Origin: Octopus sinensis
Lineage: Eukaryota
NCBI RefSeq assembly: GCF_006345805.1
Contig: NC_043003.1
Location: forward strand, 99,510,001-99,574,000
Direction: 5' to 3'
Length of the DNA stretch: 64,000 bases
Below, piece after piece: positions 41,987-55,339 of this stretch. Each line of letters begins with the position of its first letter. Within the stretch, counting starts at the first letter, position 1. The position numbers were made by a program, and so were the translations under genes. The notes under the pieces were generated by a model that saw nothing but the letters and a program-made list of their open reading frames with translations, did not search any database and was not told the origin of the DNA.

Positions 41987-42130
41987 ATAGGAAAAGGAAC
42001 CATGTGGTTTGTAAGCAAGGTACTTACCACACACGGGTTTACGTATTATAATTACTGCTGTTGTTGTTGTTATTATTATAATTACTATTACTAGTACTAC
42101 TACTATTAGTACTACTACTACTACTACTAC

Positions 42131-42184
<54 letters not shown>

Positions 42185-42272
42185 TACTACTGCTATGACT
42201 ACTATTGTCATTGGCAATAGTAATGGTGTTAACACTATCAATAACACTAGTAGTAGTAGTAGTAGTAGTAGC

Positions 42273-42316
<44 letters not shown>

Positions 42317-43202
42317 CAGCAGCAGCAGCAGCAGTGGTGGTGGTGGTGGTAGCAGTCGTATTAGAGTTAGTGTTAGTGGTGATGCTATTAGTATCAACAT
42401 TCGCCTCAGCTACACTTCAACCTTCATAGGAGACGGGGATAATTGGTTAATTCTTGGTTAATTCTAGTTGTAGTGCTAGGGTACGGTGTATGCCATCACG
42501 ATTACTATTAGTGATTTTGTGGCTTTGATTATATCTATTTAGGTAGTAGGAATTAAGTTTACGTTTATTGGAAGAGGTAACAACAGATTCTCTATTGGGC
42601 GGAGAGGGGTAGGATAATTTTAGGGTAGATCTATTAAAGATTGAATGGTACTATTATTTGAAAGAATGTTTTGGCTAAGTCCTTAACGTTTAAAGTGAAT
42701 GGGGGGTGTAAACCAGAGAATCGATCTATCCCTGCTTTTGTTATGCAATATAGGTTAAATATAATCTATAGCATTTGTTAGAGGCGAGTTGTAGGCTTTA
42801 TTGTTGTTTATCAGTTTGAGTTTCGATCGAGTGTTATACGGGTGAGTGTATAGCTTGACGATTGTGTCTCACTCGAGGTCCTTCAAAGTTTCTAGCGGGG
42901 GTTTTAGCTTGTCTATCTATACTGGAATGGCTTATTCGTCTTGTAGAAACGACTGTAAGACTTCAAATTCACCTGACCCTAATTAAATTATTCTAAATAA
43001 CTTGAGATGCTCGTTCTGCCTTGGTTTTGATTTTTCCTCTAATATAATATAATATAATATATAAATATAAAGAGGATAAGATAAACACCAAAATCCCTAC
43101 ACTCACACCTACTAACATGAATTTCACACATATACGCATACACGCACAAATCCCCCAGATACATAAAAACAGGACCTAAACATTTGACAGGAAACACACA
43201 CA

Positions 43203-43239
<37 letters not shown>

Positions 43240-43489
43240 ACCACAACTGCTGCAACCACACTGTGCATGTGTATGTGTACAAGCATGTATGTGTCTACGT
43301 ATTTATCCTTTCATGGATGCAGCATATATTTGAACCTGTGAATATTTTAAATGCATGCAACGGTAGCAACGGCAGCGATAGCAGCAGTAAGAACAACAGC
43401 AACAGTACCAACAATTCGTCCGGCAGTTACTGCAGCAACGGCAGTGATAGCGGCAACAATAGCAGCAGCAGAAGTGGCGCTAATAGCAT

Positions 43490-44200
43490 CAGGACATATA
43501 CGAGGAAATATGTTGGAGTCCCTTTAAGCTGCGGAGCCCTTTTAAGCGGTGGAAAGCCCCTAAACATTTCAGTAGCAACTAAATAAGCACAGATCCCCTT
43601 TTCGTGCAAGAGAAATGCAACGTTACATCTTTGGCCAACTACATATGGCGCTCAAAAGAAGAAGAAATGCCATATTGAATTATATGGAAGCTCCTGAATA
43701 GGAACAGGTGATGCAAACTTTGCTTGGTTGAGAGGGAAAAGATCCTAAAAAATCCGCTTCACCTGGAGGGTTAGGAATTCTTAAATTCCAAAAGTGAAAC
43801 GTTTAGTCGGTACCTTCATGAAAGAAAATTCATGTTGAGGACATGGGATTCCCGGCTTCCAGACTAGTGAATGGAAATCGAGCATAAACTGACCCATTTT
43901 AGACATATCTGGAAGCGGGCATGAGGAGATAACTCCATCTCGCACAGAATGGGTTTTCGTTTTGAAAAATTTTGTAGTTAGGTGTTTTTCACAATCCTGG
44001 CTGTCCTAGCCTGTATTTTTACCTCTATTAGTAAAGGGGTGATGTGACGCCGGCCAGCAGGTCTGATGAGCAATAATAGACGTGAAACCAATAGTAACTT
44101 TCTGACCGGCCATAAACAAAGACTACTTTAAATATTATTACTAAATTTTTTTTTAAATAGAGTGTTCTTGTTTTCGGACTTAAGAACAACAGAACAATTA
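43490..44200 (+). mobile_element. Degraded PLE GIY-YIG plus 3' end
   Basis: KYVGV...TSLANYIW...IWKLL...CKLCLVE; ends at (GATA)n. Confidence 0.65.
44049..44110 (+). ncRNA. Type I hammerhead ribozyme with long stem I
   Basis: gccggccagcaggt-CTGATGA-...-GAAA-ccaatag-TA-actttctgaccggc; stem I pairs at 12 of 14 positions, stem II weak. Confidence 0.7.
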
Positions 44201-44204
44201 TATG

Positions 44205-44270
<66 letters not shown>

Positions 44271-44284
44271 CATACACACACTCT

Positions 44285-44316
<32 letters not shown>

Positions 44317-44790
44317 TGTATGTATGTATGGATGGATGGATGGATGGATGGATGGATGGATGGATGGAAGGATGGATGGATGGGTGGATGGGTGGATGGA
44401 TGGATATTTATCCTGTTTGGAGTTACTGAATTTCGAGAATTTCATGGCACCGATCTTCAAATGTGTTTTCCTTTTCCTTTCTTTTCTTTATTTTTTTCAT
44501 CAATTATATCAATTCCAGTACCTTGTTCCTTATTTTTATCGACTTCCTCAACAGAAATCCACTCATATTCATGAATAGACGTCAAGTAGATCAGCACGCA
44601 CCTACATACATATGAACGTACACATGTTGACATTCATACACATACACGTACATACACACACGCATACATACATATATACACACACTCAAGCATACATACA
44701 TACACATATGTTTGTGCATGAGTGTGTATGTATCGTAACATGGTTGAGAAATATGAAAACTATACAAAAAACGCAGCGCTCGATAATGAT

Positions 44791-44823
<33 letters not shown>

Positions 44824-44966
44824 GAGAGAGAAAGATATATTACATATATGTATAAGTATATGTGTAGGTGGTGTTTACATATACACGTATATGCATATAT
44901 ATGTATAAAAATACATACATGCGTATATATATATATATATATATATACATAATATATATATATATA

Positions 44967-45068
<102 letters not shown>

Positions 45069-45385
45069 ATATATATATGGACAACCAAATACTATACACA
45101 CACATGGGCAAACAAAATCACATATACTCACAGGCAACGCGACACATATATAGACATGATGAAACACAAACAGAGATACGCACTTGGTCAAACAAACATA
45201 TATACACAGACAAATAAACAAACATTTACAGTTGCAGTACTAGCGTATAAAATGTTATGACGCTATGTAACTTCTATTATCAGTCCTAAACGATAAAGTT
45301 ATTCCCGGATAACATGTTGGCTAAACATTAATACGTGAACTACTGACCTTTGGGTTCCCAGAGGAAATTAACATCCTATGTATAA

Positions 45386-45468
<83 letters not shown>

Positions 45469-45469
45469 T

Positions 45470-45990
45470 GGTACTGGAGAGCCAACGCCAATACGCTGAA
45501 AGTGATGGGATGGACTAGAAGATTTATAAACGCTCTTCAATAGAAGTACACCGACAATATATAAGTGAGAAATACATATACATACGAATAAATTCTGCGT
45601 ACAGATACCAATATATACATGCATTTCCCACGTATCCATTATATCTAATCGCCCATCTCAGCCATGTGGCTAATGCCAGAAATAGTGCCGGAGTGAATAT
45701 AGTACCGGAGCAAAATATAATGACTAGAGAACTCAAAATTGTATATATACGTATAAATTGAGGATACAATCATTAAAATGATTATATCAGAGGCTAGCGT
45801 GTAAAGAGTGTAAAGCAATTTTTATTACAGAACACGAAATCTTAAGATATAGAGTTATCCAAAATTTTTATAAATCTTCTTGCCCATTCTCTCGATTTCA
45901 TCCTTGTGCTAAAAAGAGAGCAAATTTAGAGTGGTTTGTAGACATTTGATATCTACTTCTAGCATAGTGGAGTTGGCCCTCCTGCGCCCT
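45470..45990. repeat. Old element with diverged terminal inverted repeats
   Basis: ggagagccaac / gttggccctcc and agaagatttataaa / tttataaatcttct. Confidence 0.55.
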
Positions 45991-46139
45991 TAATTATAAT
46001 CATATTTTTATAATTATACACACACACACAAACACACCTGCACATATTGTTGTATTAAATTCCATGAGTCAGAGAAGAAAATGCATGCATATATAGGTTT
46101 GCAGAGTGGGCACTATTATTATTATTGTTGTTGTTGTTG

Positions 46140-47050
46140 CTGATAGGTCATAGTTTCAGAATAGCTAAATTATCAGCAGGTTTCGTACAAGATGTGAAGA
46201 ACCAAATCCAATAATCATCAGAAAGGGTTGAAAGGAATAGCATGTCTTGGTTCTCTGTCAATGGAGGCCTAGAACTGGAAATCACATTTTAGTTGGTGGG
46301 TGTTACGGCTGTTGTAAAAATCTGGAACGAAGTTCATAGAATAAATTTTCCAGATCAAACTCAAGGAAAAAATCTTTAGTTCATCGCGGTTGTCCCTTGG
46401 GTTGGGACCAGCAGGTCCACTTCATTATACAAGATATCTGCTTGCATGTGGAGTTGGGGTAGAGGTGCGATGGGATTGGGGAGTGGGGAGTGGGGTATGG
46501 TGAGGAGGAACATTGGTGCGTTAGGGTTAATCCAACGTTAATCGCGGTCGGCCAATTTGCTAATGTATATCTGCGCGAAGGAAGAGAGTCCTTCAGTACG
46601 ATTCTTTTCTCCGAGAAGCAGAGTTTTTATCTCTCACTGCTGTTAGGATGAACTTTTCTAGTATCCTCCACTTGATATTGTAATTCGCAGTACTTTCTTT
46701 CAATGCCCATAAACGTTTTGCTAGAGGTGTAACATTTAACCAGTATTGGATTTTAAAATGGCATGCGTGGTGGCTGGATCTGGTCCTTCTGTTACACCCA
46801 CATATTTCCACACGCTCGTCCCTCAACTGGGATCCACTGATACCACCTGTGCCTCATACACAACAGTTTCTGTATTACATTTTCTGTTCAGTGTAGATGT
46901 GGAATTACCTTTGCGTGAGCAGATTTTATCTATTAGGTGCACAGCAAAAGAAATCCTTAAAATACTTGGAGCTACCTCCCATTTTCTGAGGTTTGGACCC
47001 AGTCTGATCGCAGACAGCTTAATTAGACAGATTTAGGTCTTCCGCTTAAG
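46140..47050 (-). mobile_element. Degraded PLE GIY-YIG plus 3' end with HHR remnant (46168-46225)
   Basis: KCNTETVVYEAQV...KYVGVTE...TPLAKRLWALKE...IKWRIL; CTGATGA...GAAA downstream. Confidence 0.65.
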
Positions 47051-48059
47051 TAAGCCATAGTAGGATTTGTACTCAGAACGGAGAGAATCGGAACAAATAC
47101 TACAATACAAATGGTCAGATATTCATACAGTTCCGGCAATCCATCATCTTGAATTGATGCTTATTTTTTTTACCCCGAAAGCATGAAAAATCAATGCTGA
47201 TCTCGGCAATATTCGAACTCAGAACGCAGAAATTTGAACCAAGTAGTGTGCAGCATTATTATATTCGACATTCTCATGACTCTTTCGATTTACCACTTAT
47301 ACATTACTTGGGCATGATCAAATGCAAGGCAAAAAAGAAAACATATTTTAGATTAATCCCCGACGAACAACTCTCTGTCCCACTTTTGAAATATACATTT
47401 GATCGCAGAATCTCCCATTAAAAAAAAAAGAGAAATAATTAAAATTTTCAAAAGGAAAAAAATCATAAAAAATTATATCATAAATTAATTAATTTTTTGT
47501 TTAGTCTAATTACAGAACTTTGGAAGTATACCGCATTTATGTTTTAATTATTAATTCTATATTACGTCTTTCATTATGTCGAAAAAATTACACTAAAGGG
47601 ATTTTGTCTTTTTTTATGATTTAAACAAGGGTGGGAGGTTTCTCCAAGAGAGTTTTGTCCTTGTTGGTTGAGGGTGCTTTTGTACCAGAACGGTTTTGAT
47701 CAAAAGACCTCTCCACCCAATCAGGGATGAGCAAGGGCTGAACAGCAACAGCATAACTACAACATTACATTATATTGTTATATGCTGTCAGATCATAGTG
47801 AATACACAAAGTTGATAACAACCCGGTAATGTATGAAAAGATAACACATATTCAAAACTGAAAGACAAGATAAATCCTAACAATACTCTCAGTCTCACTC
47901 CCTCCCTCCATATGTGTGTATGTGTATATGTATGTATGTATGCATGCATGTATGTATGTATGTATGAATGTACGTAATACATACATACATACATACATAC
48001 ATACATACATACATACATACACACATACACACATACATACATATAACTTTGATAACTTT

Positions 48060-48790
48060 GATAGGTTTCGGCCAGCATAGGCCCAGGCCATGTCTAACGA
48101 AATAGCACCACCTGGTGAAATCTTTTAGTCATATATGGGACACCATAGTCCACTCTAGCAAAGAGTTGGTATTGTTGGAGACATATCTGTGTGTAGGAGG
48201 TTTTCCGTTTTGACGCATTTTGGTATGGTATTAAAGAGAGCTGAACCGGTTGATGTAAAGTAATTTTGACGTATTGTTGCTTTCTGTCCTGAGTTCGATT
48301 TTTGTAGTGGGTGGATAGCTCGGGGGCCAAGTCTTGGATGGATTTTAAAATTGATGCCAATATCATTTGTGCAATATTGATAGAATATTTTTCACATAAC
48401 ACAAATGATGTAGCGCTCCCGGCGGCGTTGGGGAGAGTAGAGATTGAGTTTTTCTAGTCGACCCCAATATTCAATGCCTCTCATGCCGTCTATCTTTCTT
48501 GTTATTGACCTCTGGAGTGCTTCTACTTTCCTAATGAGTTGCTTCGTATGGGTGGGGACCACAGTGGGCAACAGTATTCAAAGTGGGTTCGGGCAAAAGT
48601 AGAGTTGAGAAGGATGATGGTTTAGGCATCTCTAGACCGGAAAGTTCTCAGAATCCAGAAGCACATCTTGCGAGCCAAGTCAACCTTGCTGTTTACGTGG
48701 GAACTCTAGCTTAGATTGTTATCAACAATTACTCCAAGGTCTCTGGTGTTGTTAGATGACACTAGGGAGTGTTGGAGCCCTCTCTCAACG
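48060..48790 (-). mobile_element. CR1/L2-type LINE 3' relic
   Basis: RDLGVIVDNNL, FEYCCPLWSP and RRERYII motifs. Confidence 0.7.
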
Positions 48791-49320
48791 CTTTTAAGAT
48801 GTCATCAAAATGGTGCTTAAGCTGAAACAGGCAGCCTCTACCATCACGGAAACCATGGGTATGTAAATATATATATGTGTATGTGTATTTACATATACAC
48901 CAACACAACCACACACACTCACACACATACACACAAACACGTAATTGTTTATCATTATATAAACGCATAACAATATTTTATGTGCATGTGTGTGTACGTG
49001 TGTGTGTATGTGTATGTATGTGCTTGCGTGCGTTCGTGTTTCCGTGTGTTTATGTGTATGTGTGCATGTATATGTGTGGTTATGTATATTTAAAAGTTGT
49101 ACATCGCCTTTGATATTTGATATAATAAAGGATATCTTCCTCTCCAGACAAAGACCTTATCTAAATGGAGGGAAACCATATGTTGTTAAATAGATAGATA
49201 GAGAGAGAGAGAGATCGACAGATAGATAGATATAAAGAGAGAGGGGAGAGATAGTGAAAGAGGGAGAAAGAGAGAGAGAGAGAGAGAGAGTGAGAGACAA
49301 AGACAAAGACAGACAGATAT

Positions 49321-49363
<43 letters not shown>

Positions 49364-50175
49364 AGAAAAAGCAGAGATGGAGACTGAGGGAGAGAGAGAG
49401 AGAGAGAGTAAAACAGATAGACGGAGACAAAAACAGACAGGTAGACAAACAACCAGGCAGACAGACAGACAGACAGATAGATAAACTACGTATCTGTATG
49501 TATCTCCGCATATGCATGTGTCGACATGTGTGCGTGTGTATGTGTGTGCGTTTGCATGTGTGCATACATGTATATGTGTGTTTGGCTGCGTATATATTTT
49601 TGCGCCTGTGTATCTTTGTGTTTGTGCATTTGAATGTATGTGTATCTATATGTGCATCTATATGTGTACTTATGCGTATATATGCTTACACTTTGGCGTA
49701 TATGTGCGCATTTGAGTATATATATATGTTTAGATGAGCGTTTATGTGTGGGCATGTACATATATGTGTGTATAATTATGCGATCGAAAGAAGAGATACA
49801 TTTATGTCACATTAACACAATATATCTTTTTTATTTCTGCAACTGTACTTGTATGCGTGAATGTCTGTGTTTATGAATGTGTTTATGTGTTTGTGCATAT
49901 GTGGTTGTGAATGTGTGCGTATGTGTTTTCATGACTATATGTGTGTTTATTTCCATATGTGGATGTGTATGGGCGTATTAGCCAAGTGTTGTGTGGCACA
50001 GGATAGCTCACGAACCTATTTCCATCTGACATATTATGCCAAGATTCAGACACAGACAGACTTAAAACAAACTTGTCTGTGTACAGGTCAATGGCTGCTT
50101 AAAGATTAACTTACAGAAACTAAGAGAGGTCATACACCACAGCAATTTATTCTCTTGGTAATATTTTAGAATCCT

Positions 50176-50391
50176 TAAGGTGGTGAGCTGGCAGAATCGT
50201 TAGCACGCCGGGCAAAATTCTTAACGGCATTTCGTCAGTCTTTATATTCTGAGTTCAAATTCCGCCGAGGTCAACTTTGCTCTTCATCCTTTCGGGGTCG
50301 ATAAAATATGTACCAGCCGAGCATTGGGGCTCGATGTAATCGACTCAGCCTCTTTCCCGAAACTACTGGCATTGTGCTAAAGTTTGAAGGC
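50176..50391 (+). mobile_element. Full-length SINE family B with 16-bp TSD
   Basis: A/B boxes (tggcagaatcg, gagttcaaattc); aatattttagaatcct at 50160-50175 and 50392-50407. Confidence 0.9.
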
Positions 50392-50966
50392 AATATTTTA
50401 GAATCCTGTCAAAATAGCTTTAAGTGAACTGCTACCCTAAAAACACGGTTAGGGAGGAAAATTCAGGGCCAGATATTCTGCAAGGAGGATTAAAACCTTG
50501 TGGTTAGTGAGGCAGTGAAAGGGGAACATATCATGGGCGACGAAACGAGATGGAATGAATGAGTTATGTTGCTACTGGTTGACGTGACGCGGGAAGAGCT
50601 AGTTCCGAAATGTGGTAACGATAAGAAACGCAGAGTGGTAACCCAGCCCAACTGCGGACCAGAGATTGGAGTGTACTGGTGAGTCTCAATTATTAAAATT
50701 CTTCACATTGCATCCACAATATAATGCTTCACCGTGAAAAAGTGATATAAGACACATAGGTATGAATCACATTGTTGTTACAAGGAAGTCTCACATATTT
50801 CACTCACAAATATATTTGTATGATGAAAGTGTCAATTATTACTTAGTTGTATCATGAAATTTTATCTTAAATAATTGTTTCTTAAATAGTGAAAGACGAA
50901 CTTGCTTCTGTATTATTAGACTGCGTCAATGAAGGATATTCTGTCGAATTGTAAAAATGTGTGTGT

Positions 50967-50997
<31 letters not shown>

Positions 50998-52189
50998 TGT
51001 GGTGAATAGATGTGGATAAATATCCAGGTTATGGCTAACCGCATCGAGTTGTAAGAAACATAGGATTACTTAAGCAGCCCCACTGGATTTCATCCGATGG
51101 CTACATCTTGGGTGCGCTTCGCTGGATTATAAATATTTTACCGAGTGTACGAGATATCCAAGTCAATCACAATGAATATGGAGATTAGTACATCTGCATA
51201 TTTTTCTACCGTTAATTATTGAGCATATTTGATTTACACATGCGAGACTCTATCGTATCTTCAGTTACTATACAGAACAGCCACCACTCCTCCATCGAGG
51301 TATTTTTCTTCAACCATAATGTTCATATTATAAACAAAATATTTATGTACAGAGATCTTTATAAAATATTAAAACATTTTTAGCTTTCACGAGGATATGT
51401 TTGCTATGAATATCAGTTCGATCATTCAATCTGTATTGGTTGTGCTTACAGTCCATTGTTGATAGGTTTTATTCTTTGCAACCGTTAGCGAAGGTGGGGG
51501 GAGACAAACGAGTGGTTTAAGATTCCGCTCACATAAAAACGATGAAATGCTTATCATGCAAATAACCTCAACTTGTTTGCGGTGGCAGCCATGGATCTGA
51601 AAATAGCGGCTTGATAGCAGACGAGCGCTCGACATCTGAAAACTACCTGTCGCCCACTTTTTTTTCATTATGCTATGTGTAATATGAATAACAATCACTA
51701 AAAAGAAAAAAAAAACGGATGATACATTGTCACATGGCAAGTAGCAGAATTCTTCTTAAACATAAAATAAAATTGTAAAAGTTGGAGCTGAAGTTATATT
51801 TACTTCATTTACATAAAACATCATTGACATTTTTTGATTAGAAAAACTCATTTAGATAATGAATGTTCTCCTCATTAAGGGTGTAATTATAATTATTTAA
51901 AACATCTTGGTTTGTTACATCAATTATGCTAGCACCTAGCTCACCGTTTTAATTCATGGGATTGTAGCAATTAAGGTAAAAGCGCCTATTTAACCCTCGG
52001 TCAATCTCGATTGAATAAACTGTCAATCAAAGATGTTACAGCCATTAGTAGCCATTATTTTTACAGCTACATCATCGAATTCCTTCCTTCTTTTTAAGAC
52101 ATTAGAGCGTGATTTGGATGTTATTTCTTTCAAATTTGCTTTGAAATGTTTGGTAGAATTCGCAGGTAATAGCACGTATTATTTTACAG

Positions 52190-52720
52190 GGATCACGATG
52201 CGAACGATTATACCTCGATCCCTGCATACCCTGTCTGGAAGAGATCAACCCGTGCAATGAAGCTTGACCCAGAATTGAAAAACACCGACTCCTTGATCAC
52301 AAGTTGAATGAAAGTCACCAACATGAACAACCTGCAACTCCTTGCTGACATTGCCTCTACTGATATTAGACAGGGAGTGGCCAATTGAGTCGAGATAACA
52401 AAAGTTATAAGTGATGAGCGCCACATCCTCCTTAAACGTTAAATTCCTGCCCAATAACTGAAGTCAATAAGCTTCCTCAACCATGCCTAGTCTGTGACAA
52501 TATCTCAGAAGAAACCAGACTTGGGCTCTGGATGGAAAAGCTTAAAACCGACTCTTTTTCCATTGACCTGAGAATCCACCAACCCCTGCTAAAGGCCTCC
52601 CCACTGGCTTAGAAACAGTATAAGTTCAGTGGAAGCACCATAAGTTCTCAAGCGACCGAGAAGGAGAACGTGAGGATCAAAAGTTGCTTTGGTTAGAGAG
52701 GAACTACAAGATTGGCCAAG
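52190..52720 (-). mobile_element. LINE APE-endonuclease relic
   Basis: VVHVGDFHS, resembling the GDFN motif; otherwise decayed. Confidence 0.45.
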
Positions 52721-52729
52721 CCACCTGTG

Positions 52730-52980
52730 AATGTAGAGACAGCCTCAAGATAGACGCCCTTACTGTTGACAACCTTAAATTAGACACCCGTAACGTTGAT
52801 ACTCTTATAATAAAATGCCAATAACGTAGATACTCTTAACGCAGACACTTTTAAAGTAGACACGCTAAACGTTGACAACTTTAAGATATGCATTGTTAAT
52901 ATACAGTAGATATCCGTAACAAAGACACCTTTAAATATATACCCTCAACGTAGACACCTTTAAGATAGACACCTTAACAC
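52730..52980. repeat. Degenerate 15-bp tandem array (gtagacacccttaac)
   Basis: About 16 diverged units. Confidence 0.75.
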
Positions 52981-53389
52981 AATTCTCAGGTCGTATAAGT
53001 ATGACAAGGCTGGGTCTAGGGGAAGAAAAAAGAAAAAGAATGTGGGAGGGAGAAACAGAAAGAGAGAGAAGGAAGAAGAGAAGAATGAGAGGAGTAGAGA
53101 GAGGGAGAGACAAGAGGAGAAGAATCGGTCACAGTATGAGACTGGTACTGTATTAATCAATCCAGAAAGGAAGGTAAAGTTGACTTCAGCACTGATTTAA
53201 GCACAGAGCACAGTCAGAACGTATGCTAGGGCAAAGAATTCTACCCGATGCTTCTATAGACATTTATTATGGGGATGCCGTGATTATCTATGTTTGTGTG
53301 TGTGCAGAAGGGGATGTAAGCGGTTGTATATGTATAGGTACGTGTATGGGATTGCTTAAAGAAGTGTAAAATATTTACAATGTATGTAT

Positions 53390-53640
53390 AGATGTAGACC
53401 AGCCCTAACTGTAGAATTTTGTTCCAGATAAACTTCTCCTTAGAGACTTTCTGTTTGAAAAAAAAGAAGCTAGCTTGGTTTCCCTCATCACTGAGGAGGT
53501 GAACTTAAGCCAAAACACCAGCGTTGCACCGTTATTCAACGCAAGTTGTGTTTTTAGCATCCAGTCACTAAAGAGAAGTTTATCTGGAACAAAGGCTTAA
53601 AACCAGAGGCAATCTACTTTTCTATATAGATTGATGTACA
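53390..53640 (+). mobile_element. Small foldback element with decayed central HHR-like motif
   Basis: Arms 53418-53448 and 53563-53593; CTGAGGA-ggt...gcc-AAAA at 53491-53515. Confidence 0.5.
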
Positions 53641-53684
53641 CATTCGTTATATTAATCTAATTTTATTTCAAGTGCCAACATCGG

Positions 53685-53776
<92 letters not shown>

Positions 53777-53849
53777 TGTGTGTGTGTATTTCGTTCTTGG
53801 ATTTGGTTTGCAAGATTCTTTATATGAATTCGTGTATTGAAGCATAGTC

Positions 53850-53985
53850 TGTTGTGTCTGGGTAGAGTTATTCTCTTTTAGTGCCTTATTATTTAACACA
53901 CTCACCGGTAAAATTTCCACTTTTACCGGTGAGTGTGTTAAATAATAAGGCACTAAAAGAGAATGACTCTCCCAAACACAAACAG
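53850..53985. repeat. Hairpin with ~55-bp arms and 7-nt spacer
   Basis: ttctcttttagtgccttattatttaacacactcaccggtaaaa-tttccac-ttttaccggtgag... Confidence 0.9.
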
Positions 53986-54017
53986 TATATATATATATAT
54001 ATATATATATCCCTTTT

Positions 54018-54072
<55 letters not shown>

Positions 54073-54102
54073 CTCTCTGTATATATATATATACTGTAAC
54101 TG

Positions 54103-54156
<54 letters not shown>

Positions 54157-54988
54157 TGCAACTGCGATTTGAGTACCTTTCCTCTATTCTTTACCAAAAT
54201 ATGTATTCTGTGTGTGTTTGTATGTGTGCGAGTGTGTGTGCGTGTGTGTGCATGCGCGCGCGTATGTGGTTGTGTGTGTGTGTACGTATACATTGTATAC
54301 ATGTGTGAAAACATGCATAGATGCAGACGTACATGCACGCATACTTACAGGCAAAACACAAATATGTACTATTATACATACATAGATACATACATACATA
54401 CGCACGTACGTACATACATACATCCATACATCCATACATCCATCCATCCATCCATCCATCCATCCATCCATCCATCCATACATACATATATACATATATA
54501 CATACGTACGTACGTACATACATACATACATGCATACATACATACATGCATGCATGTGTGCATTCGTGCATGTATTCTTATTATAAAACAACTTGCTGAG
54601 TGACACAAAGCCTATAGTTATTGGATTCTCAAATCCCCCATTTTTTACCAACTTTAAAATTACAATATCTTAACACCATCTGCTAATCTCTGTTTCCTGC
54701 ATTCAGAAAACCAATTCCGACTCTATTTGCTCTAACACAGACATTTTTTCACACCTTATTTTTATTTATTCATTTATTTATTTATTTATTTATTTTATTT
54801 AATCGCATAACTTGCTGAACATAAGGTTATCTCATGAACAATTCTCCGTAAGAAATTATGGTGTGTATATTATAGGTATCATTTCTTGTTTGATTTTTTC
54901 AATTTTATTTTATTTATAATAATTGGTGATATTAATATGCTTAGTCTTGTGAAATATATCAAAAACATAATAATGTTTGTGTGTGTGT

Positions 54989-55322
54989 AAGCTCATCTTC
55001 AGAAACAGTGTACCCAAAAATCAATACCGTTGCTGCTGGCTAAAGCCAAGTCTTCCTTTACAGAACTGATTTATGATAAATGCTACCCTGGCGGTGACTA
55101 TTCCGTCTTTTTCTTATCTTTATCTTTTACTTGTTTCAGTCATTAGTCTGCGATCAAGCTGGAGCACCACATTGAGAAATCTTAGTCAAACTAGTTGACT
55201 CCAGTACTTATTTCCTTTTTAAGCCTGGTATTTATTATATCGGTTCTTTTGCCGAACCGCTAAGTTACTAGGGACAAACACACCAACATCGGTTGTCAAG
55301 CGGCGGTGAGGGACAAACACAC
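54989..55322. repeat. ~330-bp direct duplication of 60760-61094 (flank plus SINE tail)
   Basis: Near-identical from aagctcatcttcagaaacag to gagggacaaacac. Confidence 0.9.
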
Positions 55323-55339
55323 ATATGATATAATAAGCT

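Noticed and set aside
41954-42461. Poly-Leu/Ile membrane-like and poly-Ser ORFs
   Set aside because: Trinucleotide repeats.
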